From an uncultured virus (IMG/VR IMGVR_UViG_3300029305_011880) (taxonomy: Duplodnaviria; Heunggongvirae; Uroviricota; Caudoviricetes): 64,000 nucleotides of DNA. The stretch's first letter is position 1; each line of letters opens with the position of its first letter. Made by a program: the position numbers and the translations under genes. Below are positions 32,680 through 40,213 of this stretch, in pieces. Below the pieces are notes generated by a model, which was given only the letters and a program-made list of their open reading frames with translations, did not search any database and had not been told where the DNA came from. The stretch lies in IMG/VR virus record IMGVR_UViG_3300029305_011880; one strand, given 5' to 3'.

Positions 32680-32870
32680 TTGCTTCACTCCTTTTCGCAA
32701 ATTTATATCTTTTATATAATATGCAAATTCGCTTAATAACATCGTTTTATTAAGACTAACAAATCACAATATTAGACTTATTTATTATATTTGAATTTGT
32801 TCGATATAAAACACTGAAACTGTTTTACATAAAAAATACCCATTGGTTATTCATCAATGGGCATTTTATA

Positions 32871-35165
32871 TTAAATAATGTCATCATCGTCAATGTCTTC
32901 TATAAGAGAAGATGTTGCTTTAGGTTTATTAATCTTTGGTTCATCATCTAATTTGATATTTACTGTACTAGGTGCCGAATCAACTTTTGGTGTATTCCCA
33001 ACATAGTCACTCCTTTTTGGAGATGCGGTTTGAGATTCAAAAATTATTGGCCCAGACGCAGGCTTAGGTGCAGATTGTGGCTGAGGTTGTGGTTTTACGT
33101 ATGCCTGTGCTGTTTGTTGAGTTTGTTGAGTTTGAGGATTTGCTTTTGGAATATCTTCGTTTTCATCCTCGTATTCACTTCTTTGCTCAGCCAATTCCTT
33201 AGCTTCCCACAATTCTTTAACAGCATCCATATCGATTTCGGGATAAAGTTGCCCATTATTCTCGAAATCACGATATTTATTAGGGTCCCAGTTTAATGCC
33301 ATTAACATATTATTTTCTGTTACCATTTGGTCCAAAATAGAATTCAATTCTTTAGGAATATATGCGATTTTACCAATGCCAGGAACTTGCAATGTATTGT
33401 CTTGAATAATTGCATATGTGATTTCTCCGAACTTACGATAAATAATATCTGTTGGAGAATATCTAGCAACATCTTTTTCAGTAGTTCTTATAGATTCGGA
33501 AGGAGCATTAACTCTATTACCATATAGAGGATGGAATCTCTGTCTGGTTATACCTTTTTGCTCTTCTTTCTCTTTAATTTCTCCAAATTGGTCTGAATAA
33601 TATTTCGCATCAATAAAGTTACCACCAGGATAAATAACAACATTTCTTGCGTTAGTACTAACAAGTTCAATAAAGTCATCACCATCTTTACCAGAACCCA
33701 TACCAATAAGCGCTCTGTTCTGTGTAGCCAAATGAGATGCAACACGATAAGAACGTCCCTGAGTAAGCATGTCTGCAAAACCAGGGTTAGCATATGTCTG
33801 GAATTCGTCAATATACAGAAAATGAGGAATACGAGTATTTTCATTCCCTGGTCGTTTAAATACCGAAGACTGAAAGTTAAGAATAATGAAATAGCCAAGG
33901 AATTTACCAAGGTCTCTTAATTTACCTTGAGCCGTACAAATACAAATAATTGTACCATTCTCTAGGTGAGCATCAAAGTCAATATCACTTTTCCCATTTT
34001 CAGGATTTAAAACTTTTCGCAAATATTTATTAGAAACAATCTTAGCAATTTGGCTTCGAACGCCAGATGTGTTTTCATAAGTTTTGGATTTTTCAGCAAA
34101 ATAGTCACTCAAAAAATAGTTTGCAATATCTGCATTCTCTTTTGCCAAAGCTTCTGTCGCCGCGGGCTTTTTAGAGAAATCCATAACCATTTTTCTCCCC
34201 TGACCAACGGAGTTAGCAACCAACCGAGATAAATCAATCATTGTTGCTTTATTCCCCTTCAACCTTTTCAATACTTTCAAAGCGTTTCTTAACAACTGTT
34301 CATTCATGTCTTTAAAGTATTGAGGAGAATCTGGGTCCAACATATTAAATGTAGTAACAACGTTTTCTATAACGTCCTCTTCCTTGCCATATAGAGGGTT
34401 AAATGTTGGGCAAGCATCCAATATTGGATTAAAATAAACTGCGGGACGACCGTAGTACTGAGACATTGCATAAATTTTTTCAGCAAGGTCTCCCTTAGGT
34501 TCGATAACTGTAATCCCAGCATCTAAGTTCTGAACGTCTTGGTTAAGCATAGGAATAATACTCTGAGATGTTTTACCAGAACCAGTAGGACCAAGAATTA
34601 ACATATGTAAAAAACGGTCTTTGTATGGAATGATAACGGGGCTACCAGTTTCTAAGTCTTCACAAAGCTTGACGTCTCCTTTTTTCTGTTCTCTATCAAA
34701 CAAATGAATCCCTAAAGTAGTCCACATATTCACTTTTTTAATATTATCAAAGAACATACTAGTGGTTCCCTGTCTCAAAGTAAACCCCACAAATACAGCA
34801 ACGATAAAATCTACGAAGGCACAAATAGGAATTAACGCTCCACCTTCTTTTTTAAATATTGTGGGCCCAAGATTAGGGATTATCATATTAAGAATCCCGT
34901 TCATAAGAACGATTAAACCAGTAACAATTACTACTTGCAACATACCCAACAATGCATTTTGGTCTTTTTCTTCTTCAACTATAGAATTTATCATGAAATA
35001 TATAAGGGCAGGAATAAGCCCAACTATCACCGATAAAAATATATTTGTAAATCTAGTAGTGAAAAATAGCGCAATCCATATAAAATGCACAAGTATCCCA
35101 AAAAGCATTGATGTTTTTGGTTTAGATGCCATAGTTGTTACTACCGTTTTTAAAGCATCTTTCAC
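32871..35165 (-). CDS. VirD4/TraG-like type IV coupling ATPase (membrane-anchored)
   Basis: Four N-terminal TM helices, DRFLHMLILGPTGSGKT, EPKGDL, Walker B HFLYIDEF, QGRSY...ATQ. Confidence 0.88.
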   Translation of the reverse strand: MKDALKTVVTTMASKPKTSMLFGILVHFIWIALFFTTRFTNIFLSVIVGLIPALIYFMINSIVEEEKDQNALLGMLQVVIVTGLIVLMNGILNMIIPNLGPTIFKKEGGALIPICAFVDFIVAVFVGFTLRQGTTSMFFDNIKKVNMWTTLGIHLFDREQKKGDVKLCEDLETGSPVIIPYKDRFLHMLILGPTGSGKTSQSIIPMLNQDVQNLDAGITVIEPKGDLAEKIYAMSQYYGRPAVYFNPILDACPTFNPLYGKEEDVIENVVTTFNMLDPDSPQYFKDMNEQLLRNALKVLKRLKGNKATMIDLSRLVANSVGQGRKMVMDFSKKPAATEALAKENADIANYFLSDYFAEKSKTYENTSGVRSQIAKIVSNKYLRKVLNPENGKSDIDFDAHLENGTIICICTAQGKLRDLGKFLGYFIILNFQSSVFKRPGNENTRIPHFLYIDEFQTYANPGFADMLTQGRSYRVASHLATQNRALIGMGSGKDGDDFIELVSTNARNVVIYPGGNFIDAKYYSDQFGEIKEKEEQKGITRQRFHPLYGNRVNAPSESIRTTEKDVARYSPTDIIYRKFGEITYAIIQDNTLQVPGIGKIAYIPKELNSILDQMVTENNMLMALNWDPNKYRDFENNGQLYPEIDMDAVKELWEAKELAEQRSEYEDENEDIPKANPQTQQTQQTAQAYVKPQPQPQSAPKPASGPIIFESQTASPKRSDYVGNTPKVDSAPSTVNIKLDDEPKINKPKATSSLIEDIDDDDII

Positions 35166-35192
35166 CTATTTCATACCTCCCTTTCTCAAATA

Positions 35193-35441
35193 TTAACTCC
35201 AATACTTCTTCATGGCTATTAAAAATTCAGGAGTTATTTCAAAATCTATATTATCTGGAATTACAGTAGTATTTTTGCAATAAGGACAAACTGCAGCTGT
35301 ACCAGAATATTGTTTTACATCAGAAGAATTAATTTCTTGCATGCAATCATAACAATAACATTTACTAGAATAACTTATTTCGTTTATATTGTTTTTAGAC
35401 AAATCGTAAGCCTCAATCATTTTCATTCTTTTACTCTTCAT
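35193..35441 (-). CDS. Small Cys-rich (zinc-binding) protein
   Basis: CYCYDC and CPYC motifs. Start inferred from a GAAAGGA RBS. Confidence 0.65.
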   Translation of the reverse strand: MKSKRMKMIEAYDLSKNNINEISYSSKCYCYDCMQEINSSDVKQYSGTAAVCPYCKNTTVIPDNIDFEITPEFLIAMKKYWS

Positions 35442-35542
35442 AATTTTAATCATCCTTTCTAAGAAACAATTAATTGCATTTTTATATTGTATTTTAGAAT
35501 GAACGGAAAAATAAATAAAATGTTTATCACAAAACAAAAAGA

Positions 35543-35574
35543 AAAGACTTAGTAGAATTATCTACTAAGTCTTT
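35543..35574 (-). terminator. Terminator closing the tRNA array
   Basis: AAAGACTTAGTAGA-ATTA-TCTACTAAGTCTTT hairpin 10 nt downstream of tRNA-Gly. Confidence 0.8.
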
Positions 35575-35584
35575 AATATTTTCT

Positions 35585-35660
35585 TGGAGCAGGTGACGGG
35601 GCTCGAACCCGCAACATCCACCTTGGCAAGGTGGCACTCTGCCAATTGAGTTACACCTGC
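35585..35660 (-). tRNA. tRNA-Gly(GCC)
   Basis: Cloverleaf. Anticodon arm CCACC-TTGCCAA-GGTGG, GTTCGAG T-loop, CCA end. Confidence 0.95.
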
Positions 35661-35662
35661 AT

Positions 35663-35887
35663 TTAATTAGCAGGAGGATAATCGATACCTATTACTTTAT
35701 TTAGTACGTCCTTTAAACTCAATGCCGCTTCGAGAGACATTACAACACTAGCCACATCATCAATTTTCTGAATAGGCTGATGATTAGCGTCCTCTCCATC
35801 GACATATTGCTGTTTAAAAGTAATAATTACTTCAGTGCTATTACTGTTTTTACTAATAGCGAAAGCATTTGTAAATTGAGGTCTCAT
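35663..35887 (-). CDS. Small hypothetical protein (DUF3467-like pattern)
   Basis: AGGAGG RBS, MRPQFTNAFAIS...VIITFKQ...VASVVMSLEAALSL. Family assignment is from recalled resemblance only. Confidence 0.6.
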   Translation of the reverse strand: MRPQFTNAFAISKNSNSTEVIITFKQQYVDGEDANHQPIQKIDDVASVVMSLEAALSLKDVLNKVIGIDYPPAN

Positions 35888-35969
35888 GTTTTTCCTCCTA
35901 GTAATTAAAATAACTTTAACCGTTTGCGCTATCCAAGACACACCGCGTGGAGGTGGTTAATTGTGTCTC

Positions 35970-36041
35970 TTGCGGGGGAAGGAATTGAACCTCCGACCTT
36001 TGGCTTATGAGGCCAATGAGCTGCCACTGCTCTACCCCGCG
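35970..36041 (-). tRNA. tRNA-Met(CAT), initiator-like, CCA not encoded
   Basis: 5' CGCGGGG with C1:A72 mismatch. Anticodon arm TTGGC-CTCATAA-GCCAA. Confidence 0.88.
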
Positions 36042-36119
36042 TGGTTGCAAAGGTTGGATTCGAACCAACGACCTCCAGGCCATGAACCTGGCGAGCTGAC
36101 CAAACTGCTCTACTCTGCG
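36042..36119 (-). tRNA. tRNA-Met(CAT), initiator-like variant
   Basis: CGCAGAG/CTTTGCA with C1:A72 mismatch. Anticodon arm CCAGG-TTCATGG-CCTGG, GTTCGAAT, CCA. Confidence 0.85.
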
Positions 36120-36136
36120 ATATATAAAATTTAAAA

Positions 36137-36213
36137 TGGAGCGAGTAACGGGACTCGAACCCGTACCGCCTGCTTGGAAGGCAGGAGTGCTAGCCATTAA
36201 ACACCATACCCGC
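36137..36213 (-). tRNA. tRNA-Gly(TCC)
   Basis: Anticodon arm CCTGC-CTTCCAA-GCAGG, GTTCGAG, CCA. Confidence 0.93.
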
Positions 36214-36219
36214 ATAAAA

Positions 36220-36326
36220 ACCCTGGGACCCGTAGGTACTTCGTCTGCAGCCGACTGTGCTTCTTACAATAATTGCAGTTAAGCAGCTACTCAAAACCGC
36301 TCAAATGTAAGCATAGCCACCAGAGT
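36220..36326 (-). ncRNA. Candidate small structured RNA between tRNAs
   Basis: Ends pair (ACUCUGG/CCAGGGU). Internal hairpins include C(UACG)G. Confidence 0.4.
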
Positions 36327-36332
36327 ATGAAC

Positions 36333-36408
36333 TGGCTCCTCGTGTAGGGCTCGAACCTACGACCCTGCGGTTAACAGCCGCATGCTCTACCAACTGAGCT
36401 AACGAGGA
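36333..36408 (-). tRNA. tRNA-Asn(GTT)
   Basis: Anticodon loop CTGTTAA, G73, CCA. Confidence 0.95.
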
Positions 36409-36414
36409 ATATAA

Positions 36415-37203
36415 AAACCCATCAGCTTAAATCACCTTTAACGACCAGGGTTATTGTGGGGGCTACCCACTGCCGTCTGCTTTCTAGCAGCAATATTCAT
36501 CTAAACTTACTGATAGCTTCACAGATGAAAGATTCACTATCACCACTCCAGAGCCCACCTCTACGTCACCGCAGGATGAGATGATTATATTCAGAGGATT
36601 GTTATGCTGTCTTTACCCTCGTGCCAGCACCATCTATTCAAATGAGTGGATGATTCACTACTGTTGTTCGCCTTTTATAATCCATTAGAACTACAAAAGG
36701 ATTCGTGCTTGCTTTAAAGTATAATTTAGAGGGCATCAAGGCTTAAACCCGCACAAATTAGATTAACGTTCTTACACGGAGCTGTACGTTCTCATCTTTA
36801 TATCACGTTTCCATGATATCGTGGATGCTCAATACCACGCAAAGAGTTTCCAGAAGTCTTCGGTTTTGGCGATTATCCTAATCGAACAACACCAAATGAG
36901 TTCCTCTGTTTGCTCGCCTTTCACTACATCGGAATTATACGTCCGACGTGGGCAACGACCCCACGTTTTAAAAGGGTTTTGCGCATAGGCAGCGCAAGCA
37001 CAAATATGTCATTCCTTGCAACCCTAAAAGTTACGACATATCCGTGTCCGACCAATTTCTTCAAAGCCCATTGGTCTCCAGCTATCATCTGTAAATCTCT
37101 GACCGCATCAACCTACAGACTATCTCACTTGTTTCACCCGCACATTCTAAAATGAATGATAATAAGGCTATCCCCCATTAGGAGTGGTAGGCAGAGTTCT
37201 CCA
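36415..37203 (-). ncRNA. Candidate large structured ncRNA (~790 nt, GOLLD/ROOL-like context)
   Basis: No credible ORF, GC-richer than flanks, dense hairpins, located between tRNA-Asp and tRNA-Asn. Confidence 0.6.
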
Positions 37204-37280
37204 TGGCGACTCGGAAGGGACTCGAACCCTCGACCTCCGCCGTGACAGGGCGGCGTTCTAACCATCTGAACTACCGAGCC
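37204..37280 (-). tRNA. tRNA-Asp(GTC)
   Basis: Anticodon arm CCGCC-CTGTCAC-GGCGG, G73, CCA. Confidence 0.95.
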
Positions 37281-37346
37281 ATATAGAAAGTTTGGAATTA
37301 CGTATTGTTTTGTGCTAATACGCCACAATCAACCAAACTATTATAT

Positions 37347-37375
37347 ATTATAACATAAATATTAATAAAAGTCTA
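37347..37375 (-). promoter_or_regulatory. Internal sigma-A-type promoter
   Basis: TAGACT-17 nt-TATAAT with TG extension, upstream of tRNA-Asp. Confidence 0.6.
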
Positions 37376-37398
37376 CTTTTTTTTGTTCGAGCAATTAA

Positions 37399-37698
37399 TT
37401 ATTTGTTTAATAATTGTTCAGACAAGGTATCCACACCTTTTATGAATTCTTTATATAATGAACATCCAGTAATCCATTCGGGACCACCATCACATCTTTG
37501 AGAACCACAAGGATATTTTCTACAAATCTTATCTAAAAAGAGCTCTCTTAATCTTTTATCTTCTGGTGTTTCTTCATCGCTTACTTCAGGAATCTCTTCC
37601 TCCCATCCGCATTCATCACAAACATATCTGTGAAAATGATATTTATAAGAAACTACTTTCCCACATTTAGGACAAATCTTTAACTGACTATCCATCAT
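37399..37698 (-). CDS. Small zinc-ribbon protein
   Basis: CPKCG...CDECG plus a second Cys cluster. AAGGAG RBS. Confidence 0.7.
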   Translation of the reverse strand: MMDSQLKICPKCGKVVSYKYHFHRYVCDECGWEEEIPEVSDEETPEDKRLRELFLDKICRKYPCGSQRCDGGPEWITGCSLYKEFIKGVDTLSEQLLNK

Positions 37699-37720
37699 AA
37701 ATCACGCTCCTTGTTTTTGT

Positions 37721-37795
37721 TGGAGCTGGTGACAAGAGTCGAACTTGCAACCTGCGGTTTACGATACCGCTGCTCTGCCATTGAGCCACACCAGC
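37721..37795 (-). tRNA. tRNA-Thr(CGT)
   Basis: Anticodon arm GCGGT-ATCGTAA-ACCGC, GTTCGAC, CCA. Confidence 0.92.
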
Positions 37796-37809
37796 AGATA
37801 AGTTTAAAT

Positions 37810-38285
37810 AAAAAGTTTTGTGAATAACCCGTAGTAACTACCCATGACGTTCTACTCTCACCAATGGTATTCTCTGTGTTACTTCAACTTTAAGCTACAC
37901 AAACTCACGAACCGACGCATTATTCAAGCCCCTTTTGTCACCAGGCATCACTTATAACCCTATATTCGTCTTCTGAATTATAAGCTATCTCACTTATCTC
38001 ACTCTCACACGGGTGTGCTTTTGAGGTATCTCCCATTTAGAACGGTTGGTAGAGGTCACCAATATATGTAGAAACAAATATGTTCAAGTTTACAATGTGT
38101 CCAGTTTTTGGCATCATGTACATTAGAACAACCAATACGAAGATTATTTGACTCGTAGTGCAGCCTACACACCCTTGTTAGAGAACTTTTAAAATAACCT
38201 TAGTGGTCGTTACTTTCACATTTCTCGACAGTCCTATTTAGAAAAGGCATAATCTAAACACTTGAACTACTGCCATCGATATTTG
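37810..38285 (-). ncRNA. Candidate large structured ncRNA (~475 nt)
   Basis: ORF-free. Long-range helices CAAAUAU/AUAUUUG and GUUCAAGU/ACUUGAAC. Contains a paralogue of the 37005-37196 module. Confidence 0.55.
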
Positions 38286-38297
38286 TTTTTACCAAAG

Positions 38298-39176
38298 TTA
38301 AATTTCTACTCCAAGAAACTGTTTAGCAAGTATCCCAACAACAAAAGATAATACTGCAACACTAACACTTATCAGCGCCATTTCAGAAAATCTGGATTTA
38401 AAATTTTCTCCTTGAGCTACAGATATATAATATGTAAATACTGCTATGATTGCTATAACAGTTAACATCATAAATACTAAAGCCAATATATATTGAGTAC
38501 TACCCAACAATAAATACGGTAATATTAATAAAATAACTGTCATTAAATAAGCAATCCCAGTATAAGAACAGGATTTTAGTGCATCTGTTCTCCCTTCGCT
38601 TTTAGCAGATAAAAATTCACTGGAAGCCATCGAAAAAGTTGCTGAAATGCCAATAATTAATCCTGCAAGCGCAATTAGCTTGGTATTTTGCATAGCAAAT
38701 GTAAACCCAGCAAGAGAACCCGTTAATTCTACAAGAGCATCATTCATCCCAAGAACCATACTCCCTATATATTGAAGTCGTTCTTCATCCAGCATATTTA
38801 ATAATGCTTCCTCGTGCTCTTCTTCCTGCTTCCTAACTCCTATGCTTTCAGGAACTTCGTCTTTTAATTGTTCATACTCTTTTTGAGCATCCATTTCTCC
38901 GTTTTCCATAAGCTTAACAGCAAATGTAAAACCAAATATACGAGCAATCCATTTGTATTTAAACACCTTTCGCTTTTCTGGTTTCATTTCTTCATTGGTA
39001 TATTTCTTCCAGATTTCATAGTGCTTAAATTCTTCGTCTGCTAAACGATTTAGAGTAGATTTATTATCTTCACCTTTTGCAAATTTAGCAATTTCACGAT
39101 ATATAACGCTTTCAGTTAATTCATTTTGTTGCATCTTTCTTATAATAGACAAACTTTTTTCGGATATATTTTTCAA
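38298..39176 (-). CDS. VIT1/CCC1-family transporter with N-terminal ferritin/rubrerythrin-like domain
   Basis: ExxH motifs (DEEFKH, EEEH), then GSMVLGMNDALVE, FSMASSEFLS and several TM helices. Confidence 0.9.
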   Translation of the reverse strand: MKNISEKSLSIIRKMQQNELTESVIYREIAKFAKGEDNKSTLNRLADEEFKHYEIWKKYTNEEMKPEKRKVFKYKWIARIFGFTFAVKLMENGEMDAQKEYEQLKDEVPESIGVRKQEEEHEEALLNMLDEERLQYIGSMVLGMNDALVELTGSLAGFTFAMQNTKLIALAGLIIGISATFSMASSEFLSAKSEGRTDALKSCSYTGIAYLMTVILLILPYLLLGSTQYILALVFMMLTVIAIIAVFTYYISVAQGENFKSRFSEMALISVSVAVLSFVVGILAKQFLGVEI

Positions 39177-39205
39177 AATATTACCTCCATAATTAATATA
39201 TATCT

Positions 39206-39234
39206 ATTATATACATTTTTTAACAAGAAGTAAA
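39206..39234 (-). promoter_or_regulatory. Internal sigma-A-type promoter for the VIT gene
   Basis: TTTACT-17 nt-TATAAT. Confidence 0.55.
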
Positions 39235-39240
39235 GACATA

Positions 39241-39314
39241 TGGAGCTGGCACCCAGAATCGAACTGGGAACTAAGACTTACAAGGTCCTTGTTTTACCTT
39301 TAAACTATGCCAGC
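39241..39314 (-). tRNA. tRNA-Thr(TGT)
   Basis: Anticodon arm AGGAC-CTTGTAA-GTCTT, GTTCGAT, CCA. Confidence 0.9.
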
Positions 39315-39402
39315 GTATAAGGAAGCTTTTCTAAGATTACCTTAGCGGTTTACCAACCGTACCCACCTGTGGTGATTAAGGGTTCCGCATTCCACAGCAG
39401 CG

Positions 39403-39478
39403 TGGCTCCTCGTGCTGGGCTCGAACCAGCGCTATACGGATTAACAGTCCGCCGTTTTACCAACTAGACTAACGAGGA
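39403..39478 (-). tRNA. tRNA-Asn(GTT)
   Basis: Anticodon arm GCGGA-CTGTTAA-TCCGT, G73, CCA. Confidence 0.9.
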
Positions 39479-39484
39479 ATATAG

Positions 39485-39561
39485 TGGTACTCCCAGCGAG
39501 GCTCGAACTCGCATTGCATCCTTGAAAGGGATGACTCCTAGGCCCGTTAGAGGATGGGAGC
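39485..39561 (-). tRNA. tRNA-Glu(TTC)
   Basis: Anticodon arm CATCC-CTTTCAA-GGATG, GTTCGAG, CCA. Confidence 0.9.
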
Positions 39562-39571
39562 ATGTTTAAAA

Positions 39572-39714
39572 TGGTAGTCCCAACGGGATTCGAACCCGTG
39601 ACTCCGCCTTTGGTGCTGAACATGAGACTTGCACTCAAATCTTTACCGCAGTAATGTTTTACTTAAACTAATCCAACGAAAGGGCGACGACTTAGACCAC
39701 TTGTCGATGGGACC
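39572..39714 (-). tRNA. tRNA-Glu(TTC) interrupted by a 67-nt insert at 36/37
   Basis: Exon 39678-39714 ends ...TCGCC-CTTTC. Exon 39572-39610 starts AA-GGCGG...GTTCGAAT...ACCA. Joined, they form a normal cloverleaf. Confidence 0.85.
39611..39677 (-). ncRNA. Anticodon-less tRNA mimic nested inside tRNA-Glu
   Basis: GTTGGAT-TA-GTTTAAGTAAAAC-A-TTACTGCGGTAA-AGAT-TTGAGTGCAAGTCTCAT-GTTCAGC-ACCA: acceptor stem, D arm, tetraloop arm, T arm, CCA. Confidence 0.75.
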
Positions 39715-39850
39715 ATTTAAAAACTTCTTTAATCCGCTTCAACCCATAAACTTTCGCTTGCCACTACTAATTTATTATTTGGGCCCATTCTTCTATAAGA
39801 ACTCTGCGATAACTTGAAGTTGTTTAGTTTGACATACAACATGTCTTCGA

Positions 39851-39926
39851 TGGCTCCTCCAGCAGGGCTCGAACCTGCGACATCGTGGTTAACAGCCACG
39901 CGCTCTACCAACTGAGCTATAGAGGA
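39851..39926 (-). tRNA. tRNA-Asn(GTT)
   Basis: Anticodon arm CGTGG-CTGTTAA-CCACG, G73, CCA. Confidence 0.95.
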
Positions 39927-39932
39927 ATATAG

Positions 39933-40103
39933 TGGTTGTGAAGGAAGGACTTAAACCTTCTTATAACTCGCTACTAAATAAAATGATTTATCTTTCACTT
40001 CAAGAAATAGTTTCTTACTTTACTCGAGTTATCCTCAGACTTATTTCTTACGTTGTCAAGGCCGTATGCTGACCCCCGACTCGATGCTTCGTCTATCTTC
40101 ACT
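39933..40103 (-). ncRNA. 171-nt tRNA-like RNA with very large variable region
   Basis: Acceptor GTGAAG/CTTCAC, T arm GAAGG-TTTAAGT-CCTTC, ACCA end, 7-nt loop AGCATAC. Confidence 0.7.
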
Positions 40104-40109
40104 ATATAG

Positions 40110-40187
40110 TGGTGACCCATGCGGGATTTGAACCCAGCAACCTTCGCCTTGAAAGGGCGACGTCTTAACCAATTCGACTAATGGGCC
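40110..40187 (-). tRNA. tRNA-Glu(TTC)
   Basis: Anticodon arm TCGCC-CTTTCAA-GGCGA, GTTCAAAT, CCA. Confidence 0.9.
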
Positions 40188-40213
40188 ATGTAAAGAAGAA
40201 ATATAAAATTTCT

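Noticed and set aside
39611..39677. Group I or archaeal BHB intron in tRNA-Glu
   Set aside because: 67 nt is far too short for a group I core, it ends in A rather than G, and no bulge-helix-bulge is evident.
39933..40103. tmRNA
   Set aside because: No G3-U70 alanine identity pair, too short, no tag ORF evident.
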